The notes under the pieces are model-generated. The model ran no database searches. It saw only the letters and a program-made list of their open reading frames with translations, and was not told where the DNA came from. Positions 1 to 9,471 of a stretch of 64,000 nucleotides of DNA are shown piece after piece. Positions within the stretch are counted from its first letter, which is position 1. Each line of letters opens with the position of its first letter. Made by a program: the position numbers and the translations under genes. Source of the DNA: an uncultured Nitrospiraceae bacterium (GTDB lineage Bacteria; Nitrospirota; Thermodesulfovibrionia; Thermodesulfovibrionales; SM23-35); the NCBI GenBank assembly GCA_963725545.1, contig CAVRZG010000008.1, forward strand, positions 59,392-123,391. Reading direction: 5' to 3'.

Positions 1-2
1 AG

Positions 3-3000
3 GACTCTCAGCCGATAAAGATCGTTCTCCGAGCCCGAACGCCGCATTATGGCGATGATCTGGGAGAGAAATCCGTGACTCTGAACGCACAATCATCGGA
101 CGTCAAAGTCTTGCTCATCGGACCGACCGGGAAAAAGCCGGAGGGGCTTAGTCTTCTGAACAGGCCGAACGAAATTGCAGTGAACCAGCAGGTTTCTCTC
201 AGAGCTTCAATCGCTCCGCAACAGGAGGGAAGCATTAAGTTCTTGTGGATAACCAAAGACGGCAGTCCATGCCGGTTTGCGGGAGACAATTTCGGTACTG
301 AAGCCATAATGTACAGTACAAACACCAGCACATGCGAGGTGGTAGTCGAAGCACAGGGACAGAGAGGCTGTGTGCTCGGAAAGGGGACAACCACTTTCAG
401 GGTTACCATTTCCCAGGAAGAACTCGATGCTGCGACAAAAGCAAAAGAAGCTGCGGAAAAACTCTCAACCGCAAAAGAATTAATTGCTCAGGGCAAACTC
501 GATGAAGCTGTGCGGATTGCTGAGGAGGCTGCAAAGCTTGACCCGAAGTCTGCAAAGCCTTTCTTGACAGAGATCTCGCAGGCTTGTAAGAAGAAAGGTT
601 GGGACGCGGTTTCTGAAAGGGACTTCGACGCGGGAATTACGCTGCTTAAGACGGCAAGCCGCTTAAATCCCGACGACAAGGACGCAAAAGAAAAACTCGA
701 CAAGGCGAAGAAATTCCAGAAAATCTGGCCGCAGGTTGAGCAGAAAGCAAAGGAATTCGACAATCTCATTGCAGAGAAGAAAGTGGTTACGGCATACAAG
801 AAGATACTTGAGATACAGGACTTGCAGAATGAAATGCCGGGCACTATGGGGAACAAGTTTTCTCAAAATATTATGAACACCTGGCATAAGGCCAATGAAG
901 AATATAACAAGTTCATTCAGGAGGCCCTCAAGCAACACACGGAATATTTTAATGCAATGGATTGGGATGGAATGCTGGCCCATGCCCAGGATGTTCTGAA
1001 GCGGGAGCATTCGCCGGCGGAGCAGAAAAACTGGGAGAGCAACGTGAACTTCGCAAAACAGAAGATCTCCGAGCGAAACCAGGCATGGCAGTATTATCAA
1101 AGCGTCAAGTCGATATTTGAAAAAGGAGATCAAACTCAGGCATACGGAATGTTGGGCGAACTCAATACCAAACCCCAGTACTTCATGAAGAGTGACCCGA
1201 GGAGGCAGCAGATACTTGACCTTATCGCGGCCCTCGAAAAATGGCACAAGATAAGGTCCGCAAAAGGTTACGCGATGAACCTTTTCTTTGCGGGAGAGCA
1301 GGTACTGAGGGACTACCATTATGGACAGGCGGCAGAAGCCTTTGCCGAGGGACTCAGGGCGATACGAGACAACGGAGATATGAACGATCCTGTTTATGCC
1401 AAGTATTACACCCTGTATCAGGACTGCGTTGCAAAAGACAAGCGGCTGAAGGAACTGTTCCCCGGAGTTCAGAGTGCGGCAATGGATGAAAAGCCATTAC
1501 CTTTGGAGACCATTGAGAAGGCGCTGAGAGGGGCTGAAGAAATGGTGGCGCTGCAACCCAATAATACGGATTCTCAGATATATAAAAGCAGGCTGGAACA
1601 AAAGATCAAAAACGCACAGAAGGAAAAGGAGAACAAAGCGCTTGCAGATGCATTATGGAAGGAAGGCGAGGGACTTTTCAATGAAAACAGATATCCCGAT
1701 TCACTTGGAAAGTTTAAGGAGAGCCTTAAGCTCTGGTCAAATCAGGAGAGGCAGAAATATGTAAGCGACCTTGAAAAAGCCATTGCCGCCAGGAAGGCGA
1801 AGGCAAAGAAACTGCGGGACGAAGGTGAAGCCTTGCAGACCCAGGGGAAACTCAGAGAGGCGATAGGGAAGTATCGGGAGAGCCTTACACACTGGCCGGA
1901 TCCCGCACTGGAAGAACATATAAAGATGATTGAAGCCAAAATTACAGGGGACGTTGAGAAAAAGGCAAAGGCTGATTCACTGTGGCAGGAGGGCACTGAC
2001 TTCTTTAATCAGAACAAGCTCTCAGATGCCCTGGACAAATTCAGGGAAAGCCTGGGATACTGGAAGAACGACACACGCGTAAAATATGTCAGAGACCTGG
2101 AAGCGAAACTCGAAGAGAAGAAAGTAAAGTGCCGGAAGCTCAACGACGAAGGCTACAGTCTTCAGCAGCAGGGGAAACTCAAGGAAGCACTGACCCGCTA
2201 CAGGGAAGAGGCGAAATATTGTCCGAGCCCTGCGCTTGAGGATCATATCTCAAAGATAGAAGCCGAAATGCGGAATCAGCAGAACGAGCAGGCGAAGAAA
2301 GCGTGCGCGAAGAAGAACAGGGATGAAGGCGCGGCTTTGCAGCAGCAGGGGCGCTTGCAAGAGGCTTTGGCAAAATACAGGGAAAGCTACAATTGCCTTC
2401 CGACTCCCGAAATGGAACAGCATATAAAGACAATTGAGAACATGACGACTCAAACTCCGACTGTATCTTCCGTGCAAGTTGAAGGTCCGTGGGAATTTGA
2501 TGGAACAGACCTGACACTGGCACAACAAGGGAATCAGCTGACAGGAAAGTACACAGAAGACAACGGAGAACTCATAGGCAGAATATCAGGCAACGTATTC
2601 GAAGGTTACTGGATAGAAGACCATTCAGCAAGAAAGTGCGCCTCCCCCAATAATGGAAGATATTACTGGGGTAAATTCAGAATCGAGTTTGAAGGAAACA
2701 GACTTACCGGCAGATGGTCTTATTGCGAGGACAAGGGATTCGAGTCAAGGATCTGGCATGGCACGAAAAAGGGTGGACAGAAGCCTCTGACGGTAAATCT
2801 CACGGGCTCATGGTCAGCCAAATGCACGGGCGGTGACGCATACACCGCCAAGGTTACCCAATCCGGCTCATCCTTTGAAGCACAAGTGGACACGGAACAT
2901 TACAGGGGCACTATCACAGGCAACAGGATAAGCGGCAAATCGGCGGATCAGATAGACACGATCACGGGTGAGATCATTTCGAATAATGAGTTGAGAGTTG

Positions 3001-3386
3001 TGCTCACGGGCTACATGGGAAGTTCGCCTATTAAAAACACCTGCACCCTGACAAGAGGAAGCAGCGGCAGTTCAATACCTAAGGACAATGCTTCAGGGAA
3101 GACCCTTTCGGTTAGAGTGAAGAACTCCTCCGGCCAGAACGTCCATATATATCCGCAGGGAGGAAAGTGCAGCCCCGACAACAAGCTCACTCCCAAACAG
3201 AGCAGAACTATTACGGTGTCCGTTCCGTCCGACGGCTTTCTCAAATTCTGCGCAGGCAGAAACGGTAAGGAGATCGAGTGCAAAAAACAGGGCATAGACC
3301 CGGGCAATTCGGGTTACACCTATACAGTAATCTTTGATGAAAGCAACCCGTTCAAGAAACTACTTATATATACGGGATTGAAATAA
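3..3386 (+). CDS. 5'-truncated large repeat protein: Ig-like N-terminal segment, long TPR/coiled-coil-like helical repeats, C-terminal beta-rich modules; function unknown
   Basis: The frame is open from nt 3, with no stop upstream of the GTG at 75, so the gene runs off the 5' edge. A ~110-aa unit (..KLRDEGEALQTQGKLREAIGKYRESL..P.PALEEHI..IEA..) recurs about 2.5 times. The C-terminus has G/T/W-rich modules (GPWEFDG..LTGKY.. and LTGSWSAKC..). I recognise no family. Confidence 0.6.
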   Translation, partial: DSQPIKIVLRARTPHYGDDLGEKSVTLNAQSSDVKVLLIGPTGKKPEGLSLLNRPNEIAVNQQVSLRASIAPQQEGSIKFLWITKDGSPCRFAGDNFGTEAIMYSTNTSTCEVVVEAQGQRGCVLGKGTTTFRVTISQEELDAATKAKEAAEKLSTAKELIAQGKLDEAVRIAEEAAKLDPKSAKPFLTEISQACKKKGWDAVSERDFDAGITLLKTASRLNPDDKDAKEKLDKAKKFQKIWPQVEQKAKEFDNLIAEKKVVTAYKKILEIQDLQNEMPGTMGNKFSQNIMNTWHKANEEYNKFIQEALKQHTEYFNAMDWDGMLAHAQDVLKREHSPAEQKNWESNVNFAKQKISERNQAWQYYQSVKSIFEKGDQTQAYGMLGELNTKPQYFMKSDPRRQQILDLIAALEKWHKIRSAKGYAMNLFFAGEQVLRDYHYGQAAEAFAEGLRAIRDNGDMNDPVYAKYYTLYQDCVAKDKRLKELFPGVQSAAMDEKPLPLETIEKALRGAEEMVALQPNNTDSQIYKSRLEQKIKNAQKEKENKALADALWKEGEGLFNENRYPDSLGKFKESLKLWSNQERQKYVSDLEKAIAARKAKAKKLRDEGEALQTQGKLREAIGKYRESLTHWPDPALEEHIKMIEAKITGDVEKKAKADSLWQEGTDFFNQNKLSDALDKFRESLGYWKNDTRVKYVRDLEAKLEEKKVKCRKLNDEGYSLQQQGKLKEALTRYREEAKYCPSPALEDHISKIEAEMRNQQNEQAKKACAKKNRDEGAALQQQGRLQEALAKYRESYNCLPTPEMEQHIKTIENMTTQTPTVSSVQVEGPWEFDGTDLTLAQQGNQLTGKYTEDNGELIGRISGNVFEGYWIEDHSARKCASPNNGRYYWGKFRIEFEGNRLTGRWSYCEDKGFESRIWHGTKKGGQKPLTVNLTGSWSAKCTGGDAYTAKVTQSGSSFEAQVDTEHYRGTITGNRISGKSADQIDTITGEIISNNELRVVLTGYMGSSPIKNTCTLTRGSSGSSIPKDNASGKTLSVRVKNSSGQNVHIYPQGGKCSPDNKLTPKQSRTITVSVPSDGFLKFCAGRNGKEIECKKQGIDPGNSGYTYTVIFDESNPFKKLLIYTGLK

Positions 3387-3393
3387 CCGTTGT

Positions 3394-3417
3394 CCCTTCC
3401 CTCTCCGAAGGGTTTAT
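3394..3417 (+). terminator. Possible rho-independent terminator after the repeat protein
   Basis: Stem CCCTTC (3394-3399) pairs with GAAGGG (3407-3412) around a 7-nt loop, followed by TTTAT. Confidence 0.4.
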
Positions 3418-3816
3418 GAAAACGACGGGAAAGCCTCAGTGCTGTCCTGAATATCTGCCGCCGCCCTCCCTTTAACCGCACTCGATCTCTATCACGATGT
3501 AAATCCAATCGGAAGTACTATTTTTGTAGGACAAACACCGACAAAAAAAAGGACGCTTTTCTGATTGCATCGACCAAACATTTAAGATAAAATATGATTA
3601 TACATATTGTTAATATTTAACTATTTATATAGCACTTAATATCAGAAGCTTAAGGTGGCAAGACTGTCGAATGTATCAAATCTCAAAAGGGCACTCTGTC
3701 CAATCCTTGAAAAAATAAGATAAATTTTGGGTATAGAGTTTGCTTTGTCGGAGAGACAAATAATTTCGCCACAAAAATCTTTAGAAGATAAACCGCTAAC
3801 AGGAGGAGGGAAAGTC

Positions 3817-6800
3817 ATGAGGGTAAATAAAGACGGCTCAGGAGGCCGCATAGCAAAAACTGATAAATGGTACCTTGCTGCCTTTATCACATTGATGGTC
3901 TTGCTTTTTCATGCGGACGCTAATGCATTTATATTCACTGTAAATGTGAAGGATGATAACAATGCTGCGGTGAACGGCTTCCGGTGGCTTCTGGAAGAAG
4001 ATAATACATATCCTATTGTTCCGGGGGCCCACGTGTCGGACAGCCCGGCAGTGAGCATCCATAAAAGTCATGCCCCTGTTGCGGCAAATGGCGCTTCGGC
4101 AACTTCCTCGGCGACAATTACCGTGCCTGACGGGCGCTATTTTCTGTCTGTGCTTGCTTCTACAATGAATTACACATTGAGCGGCGCGAGCATAGATACC
4201 ATCAAACTTGCAGCCAATCCGGTTGTTGATGTTGTCCTTCACAACCATCCGGTGCCTACAGCCCAACTATCGGTGCTTGTATTTCATGATAACCAACCCA
4301 TTAACAATGCCCCGGACCAGCCTTTCGAGGCAGGTCTCGAGGGCTTTACGGTCATTGTCAACGACCAGTTGGGACAGATGTCACAGGATGCATTTGGAAA
4401 TCCGCTGGGAACAACCTATCAGTTCGATGCGTTGGGAAATCCAATGACTGATCTTGCGGGCAACTATTTGATAGATATGATGGGGACAGGTGAGATTAAG
4501 ACCGATGCAAACGGCACCGCCTCAGTCAAATATCTTGCGCCTGGGAAGTATACCATTCTGATCACGCCGCCTATTGGAACGGACTGGATACAGACGAACA
4601 CGATAGAAGGCACTCCTAAGATTGATGCATGGGTCAAGGCCAACGAGCCCCCCCTCCTTATAGAGTTCGGACCCGGCCTGCCGCATGTGTTTTTCGGTTT
4701 TGTCCATCCGATGGATTTGCTGGGCACAATGCCGCTTCAACCGGGAGAGTCCAGGGGCACTGTAACGGGTAGGATTGTCAAAACACATCAGGCCCGCCCC
4801 CCGGATATACTTTTATACAACGGGGTTCCTGTTCCGGAATGTTATATCGGCCTGAATACAGCGGCTGGTACAGGCGTTTATGTTAAGGCATGCAATGATG
4901 ACAGCACTTTCCAGATTAATAATGTGCCTCCCGGAACTTATCAGATCGTTATATGGGACAAACCTTTGGACACAATCTTCGGGTTTTATACGGTCATTGT
5001 ACCGCCTGCAGGTGGAACAATTAATACCGGCGACATTCCCGTCAACCAGTGGTTCGGGACCCTTAAAGGGACTGTATTCAGTGATAATACTAATACGGAT
5101 GGATATATGGACCCCGGCGAGTCGGGTATACCCAACCAGATAGTGAACCTTCGTTTCCGGGATGGATCAATGTATCAGACGACAACCACCAGACCTGACG
5201 GAGGCTATATGTTTGAAGAAGTCTTTCCGTTTTTCAAATGGCTGATGGTAGAAGTAGATTACACTCGATACAAACCCACCGGTTCAACATTGATAGTAGA
5301 CGACGGCGGTCCCCTCGCTCCAGGCGCAGAGTTGAACCCCCAGCTTCAGCCTGAGAACAGCAATCTGGGTTGGCGCACGGAGACTTCTCCTTTCCCTGTC
5401 TTGCTGGAAGCCATGACCCTCTATGCCGATCAGACCAATATTATCAACTGGGGAAAGGTGAATTACGGTCAGAATGAAAATGGCGGCATTGCAGGAATTA
5501 TTTATTATGCAACCACCAGAACTGAGGCGGACCCGAGAGCTGCGGTACCCGACCCATGGGAACCCGGAATACCAAGGGTTCAGGTCAACCTCTATCAGGA
5601 CGCGGACATGAACGGTGTCATCGATGATTTAAATGGCGACAGCAGCGTAACTCTCGCGGACGTTGATAATTATCCGTTGAGCTGGTCTACAGGCGGAGCC
5701 AAAGGTCCCGAAGACGTGGATTATAACAGTGACGGAATCTTCGACCCGGGCGATGCCCTGAATATTGCATGGTCGGACAGCTGGGATGACAACATGCCTA
5801 CAGGATGTGTCGGCCCTGCGCAGAGCGCCTACGGCCAGCCCCTTCAGGACTGTGCTGAAACAATGGTAACATGGAACCAATTGCGACCCGGCGTTTTCGA
5901 CGGCGGATATATCTTCACATCATATTTTCCGGGAGGAATGGCATCCGGAGCAGCAGAGGCGGAGGGACTGCCTGCAGGGACGTACATTGTACAGGTCAAC
6001 CTGCCAAATGGTTATGAACTTGTAAAGGAAGAGGACCAGAATATATTCACCGGAGATCAGTATTCCCCAAGCTTATTGCTTCTTCCATCTGTGTGTGTCG
6101 GCGATCCGCATCCAGTTCCGCCTTATCAGACCTTATTCCCGGACCAACTACTTCCGGCTCCCTTTGCAAACCAGACAAGACCGTTGTGCGATAAGAAGCA
6201 GGTCAAGCTCTCGGACGGCCAGAATGCTGCCGCTGATTTTCATCTCTTCACGGAAGTGCCGAAGGCAGCTCGTGTTGTCGGCCTTATCACCAATGACCTT
6301 GCCGTTACACAGAATCCGAATAATCCCGTGTTCACTGAAAAAGCGACCGTCCCCTGGATACCCATTTCATTCAGGGATTACACCGGCAAAGAATTAGTTC
6401 GGACATATAGTGATGAATGGGGAGCTTACAATGCCCTTCTTCCATCCACGTATACGATCAACCCTCCCATTCCCACAGGTGTTTCACCTCATATGATTTC
6501 CATCTGCCTGAATAACCCGGGGCCTATTCCGGACCCTGCGCATCCAGACCAGTTTATTACCGACCCGAATTTCGACCCGCGGTTCAGTTCGACCTGTTAC
6601 ACCCTGGATTTCTGGCCCGGCAAGACAACATATGCCGATACACCGGTAATTGCCGTTGCGGCATTCGCTGCTCCGCAGAGCGCCACGCTGGACTGCCAGT
6701 TCCCTGATGCAACCCCTGTGATTTATTCTGTAAGCGGCGGGGCGGACGTGGGACCATATGTATCGGGCTCAGGCCAATCAATTACGATAACATCTGCCGG

Positions 6801-9414
6801 CACTAATGTGGAGGTGCCGAATCCTGACTATGATCCGTTTGTCGTTCCGGGTAATCCGAAGACTGTCTTCCGTGATTACAGTTTTGGAGCTGCCCAAGGT
6901 TCAGGCAGTGTGACGGTCGGCGGAATTCCGCTTACGATAAATTCCTGGTCGCCGACGACTATCGATGCCGCAGTTCCTCCGGGCACACAGACAGGTGAGC
7001 TGTTGGTGACAAGAGGCAACGGAAAATCTACGGTGATGGGAGTGACCCTTAATGTGGGGAATAACGGCAACCCTGTTGTCAATCTCCTCTCTACCGATTC
7101 GATACAGACCGCTATAACCAATGCTGCCCCAGGGACACTCATCATGGTTCCTCCGGGGACATATAATGAAAATATCATCCTGTACAAGAACGTTAAACTG
7201 CAGGGATGGGGAGCTGCCTCAACGTTTATCAATGCAAGCCCGATCCCTATAGAGCGAGTACCTGCATGGAGAAGCCTCCTGAATAGTTTTATCGCAGGCA
7301 ATCAGGTAGACCTCGCGCCAGGGCAGACCCCGGCCTTTACTGAAGAAATAGCCCCCGGCATTATGGTTATAACAAAGCAGAACACCTTCAGCAGCGGATT
7401 GAGGCCTCGGATTGATGGTTTCACCATCATGGGGGCATCAACCTCAGAAGGAATTTTCGTCAATGCCTATGCCCATTATCTCGAGATCAGCAACAATAGA
7501 ATCATAAGCAACCAGGGTCCATATGCCGGCGCTATCCGGATTGGTACCCCGGGCCTGACCGATCCGGGCTGCATAGACAGCCACTCTAACGCGGTATACT
7601 GCAGTTCCCAGAATGATCACTTGAACATCCACCATAACCACATCGCAGGGAACGGCACCAGTGGATTTGTAGCTAACGGCGGCGGCGCCGGAGGTATCTC
7701 CCTTTACAACGGTTCTGATTTTTACACGGTAAGAGACAACTTCGTATGCGGCAACTTCACCACTGCGAAGGGAGCAGGCATTGTCCATTCCGGCATGAGC
7801 AATCAGGGAGAAATCTCATTTAACAAGGTGCTCTTCAATGAAGCGTCCTTTGGTACGGGGAGTGGCGGGGACGGCGGTGGAATAATGATAGCAGGGGAGC
7901 CGGCCCTTGCCGGAGCGCCTGGAAATCTGACCGTCGGGACAGGAACGGTTTTAATCAATGCGAACCTCATTCAGGGTAATCTTTCAGGCGCAGGGCTGGG
8001 AGGCGGAATCTTCACATCCCAGGTAAATGGCCGGGATGTCTTTTATTCTCCCTTTAATTCTGCGAACTGGAACACTGTCAACATTTTCAATAATATGATC
8101 GTCAATAATATGGCGGGTTACGCCGGCGGCGGAATTGCAATGTTTGACACCGCAAAGGTGAGAATCATCAACAATACCATTGCCGACAATGACAGCTCTG
8201 CAACAGGCATTGCTGCGTTTACAAACGGCCTTCAGCAGTCAATGCCCCAGGGCGCCGGCATTGTATCCACCCTTCACAGTGCCGAGTTGAAAAATGTAAT
8301 CGGATCAGGCGGGGGGCCCGAATTCAACACGAACTTCTCAAACCCTCTCCTCTACAACAATATTTTATGGCAGAACAGGTCATTCTACTGGGATGCCAAT
8401 CAGGCTGCAAACGCTACGGGAGGTCTTGTTGCTAACCCCTCCCTGCCGTATTGGGATCTGCAGGTTTTGGGATCAACAACATTCAAGATGTCCCCCCAGT
8501 ACTGCATACTAACCAGTGCTACAGGATACTCAAGCACCAATAGAGGAGGAACAGCAAATAATCCGAGATTTGATACTCCTTATTTCAATCAGCTCTCAGC
8601 TGCGGCATCACCCGGTGAAGGCGGGAACTTCATACAGGCGCTTTTCAAACCGCTAACACTCACAGGGAATTATCATATCCAATCGAATTCACCTGCTATT
8701 AACAGAGGCAGTAATATTTATTTGTCTCTTGTTCCTGCTGATTATGACAGACAGTCGCGTCCGAATGGCGTGCTTGTCGACATCGGAGCGGACGAATTTT
8801 CCACTTTTGTAGCTAATCCGACCATAACGGTTGTTGCGCCTAATGGCGGAGAAAACTGGCCTATTGGGGCGACGAGGACTATCAACTGGACATACACCGG
8901 CAATCCCGGCAACGTAAAAATCGAGCTCTTTAAGGGTGGCTTGCTCAACAGAACAATTTCAGCAAACGCATTCATAGGAAGCGGAGGAAACGGCTCCTAC
9001 AGCTGGACGATACCGGTTAATCAGACTACCGGCGCCGACTTTCAGGTCAAGGTGACAAGCGCGTCGAATGCGACCGTAACCGATACGAGCAATGCCAACT
9101 TTACGATCTCGCCTCCGACCATAACGGTTGTTGCGCCTAATGGCGGAGAGAACTGGACAAGAGGGACGATAAGGACAATTACCTGGACATACACTGGAAA
9201 TCCCGGCACTTTTCTCAAAATCGAGCTTTTGAAAGGCGGCGTATTAAACAGTACCATCACCACTTTCGCATCTGCTGGAATCAACGGCAATGGGTCCTTT
9301 ACCTGGTTCATACCCTTCAATCAGGCCACAGGTAATAATTACCGGATCAGGGTAACAAGCACAGCTAATGGGACCGTAACGGATATGAGCAACGCTGACT
9401 TTGCAATACAGTAA
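3817..9414 (+). CDS. Giant secreted surface protein (~1865 aa): SdrD-B/CarboxypepD_reg-like Ig domains, IPT/TIG-like domain, long right-handed parallel beta-helix (PbH1) region, two C-terminal GGENW modules
   Basis: SD AGGAGGAGGG at 3801-3810 and ATG at 3817. Signal peptide MRVNK..MVLLFHADANA. Domain-type strings: VFSDNTNTDGYMDPGESGIPNQIVNL (SdrD-B type), GSVTVGGIPLTINSWSPTTIDAAVP (IPT type), and beta-helix turns (ISNNRIISNQG, IHHNHIAGNG, FNNMIVNNMAGYAGGGI, IINNTIADND). Cap ..LVDIGADEF, then two ~98-aa modules. Confidence 0.8.
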   Translation: MRVNKDGSGGRIAKTDKWYLAAFITLMVLLFHADANAFIFTVNVKDDNNAAVNGFRWLLEEDNTYPIVPGAHVSDSPAVSIHKSHAPVAANGASATSSATITVPDGRYFLSVLASTMNYTLSGASIDTIKLAANPVVDVVLHNHPVPTAQLSVLVFHDNQPINNAPDQPFEAGLEGFTVIVNDQLGQMSQDAFGNPLGTTYQFDALGNPMTDLAGNYLIDMMGTGEIKTDANGTASVKYLAPGKYTILITPPIGTDWIQTNTIEGTPKIDAWVKANEPPLLIEFGPGLPHVFFGFVHPMDLLGTMPLQPGESRGTVTGRIVKTHQARPPDILLYNGVPVPECYIGLNTAAGTGVYVKACNDDSTFQINNVPPGTYQIVIWDKPLDTIFGFYTVIVPPAGGTINTGDIPVNQWFGTLKGTVFSDNTNTDGYMDPGESGIPNQIVNLRFRDGSMYQTTTTRPDGGYMFEEVFPFFKWLMVEVDYTRYKPTGSTLIVDDGGPLAPGAELNPQLQPENSNLGWRTETSPFPVLLEAMTLYADQTNIINWGKVNYGQNENGGIAGIIYYATTRTEADPRAAVPDPWEPGIPRVQVNLYQDADMNGVIDDLNGDSSVTLADVDNYPLSWSTGGAKGPEDVDYNSDGIFDPGDALNIAWSDSWDDNMPTGCVGPAQSAYGQPLQDCAETMVTWNQLRPGVFDGGYIFTSYFPGGMASGAAEAEGLPAGTYIVQVNLPNGYELVKEEDQNIFTGDQYSPSLLLLPSVCVGDPHPVPPYQTLFPDQLLPAPFANQTRPLCDKKQVKLSDGQNAAADFHLFTEVPKAARVVGLITNDLAVTQNPNNPVFTEKATVPWIPISFRDYTGKELVRTYSDEWGAYNALLPSTYTINPPIPTGVSPHMISICLNNPGPIPDPAHPDQFITDPNFDPRFSSTCYTLDFWPGKTTYADTPVIAVAAFAAPQSATLDCQFPDATPVIYSVSGGADVGPYVSGSGQSITITSAGTNVEVPNPDYDPFVVPGNPKTVFRDYSFGAAQGSGSVTVGGIPLTINSWSPTTIDAAVPPGTQTGELLVTRGNGKSTVMGVTLNVGNNGNPVVNLLSTDSIQTAITNAAPGTLIMVPPGTYNENIILYKNVKLQGWGAASTFINASPIPIERVPAWRSLLNSFIAGNQVDLAPGQTPAFTEEIAPGIMVITKQNTFSSGLRPRIDGFTIMGASTSEGIFVNAYAHYLEISNNRIISNQGPYAGAIRIGTPGLTDPGCIDSHSNAVYCSSQNDHLNIHHNHIAGNGTSGFVANGGGAGGISLYNGSDFYTVRDNFVCGNFTTAKGAGIVHSGMSNQGEISFNKVLFNEASFGTGSGGDGGGIMIAGEPALAGAPGNLTVGTGTVLINANLIQGNLSGAGLGGGIFTSQVNGRDVFYSPFNSANWNTVNIFNNMIVNNMAGYAGGGIAMFDTAKVRIINNTIADNDSSATGIAAFTNGLQQSMPQGAGIVSTLHSAELKNVIGSGGGPEFNTNFSNPLLYNNILWQNRSFYWDANQAANATGGLVANPSLPYWDLQVLGSTTFKMSPQYCILTSATGYSSTNRGGTANNPRFDTPYFNQLSAAASPGEGGNFIQALFKPLTLTGNYHIQSNSPAINRGSNIYLSLVPADYDRQSRPNGVLVDIGADEFSTFVANPTITVVAPNGGENWPIGATRTINWTYTGNPGNVKIELFKGGLLNRTISANAFIGSGGNGSYSWTIPVNQTTGADFQVKVTSASNATVTDTSNANFTISPPTITVVAPNGGENWTRGTIRTITWTYTGNPGTFLKIELLKGGVLNSTITTFASAGINGNGSFTWFIPFNQATGNNYRIRVTSTANGTVTDMSNADFAIQ
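8821..9411 (+). repeat. Two tandem ~294-bp coding modules (GGENW / Kre9-KNH-like Ig module) at the 3' end of the giant gene
   Basis: ITVVAPNGGENW..G..RTI.WTYTGNPG..KIEL.KGG.LN.TI......G..GNGS..W.IP.NQ.TG.....I.VTS..N.TVTD.SNA.F.I occurs twice. The PF10342-like assignment is from memory only. Confidence 0.8.
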
Positions 9415-9471
9415 ATGGACATGAAGTCTTTGAAGCATATAAATGTCGGAATTGATAGAAAGGAGTCAACC

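Noticed and set aside
663-1319. 218-aa minus-strand ORF and other antisense ORFs inside the first gene (47-409, 488-856, 1742-1996, 2179-2523).
   Set aside because: They lie entirely inside a 3.3-kb sense ORF with clear repeat-protein structure. Their composition (Leu/Phe/Ser-rich) is typical of the antisense of Lys/Glu-rich coding sequence.
3640-3740. Possible sigma-54 (TGGCAAG-N4-TCGAA at about 3655) or sigma-70 (TTGAAA 3707-3712 / TATAGA 3732-3737) promoter for the giant gene.
   Set aside because: The -12 element does not match TTGC, and the sigma-70 candidate has 19-nt spacing. This is too weak to report as a feature without a computed scan or a mapped TSS.
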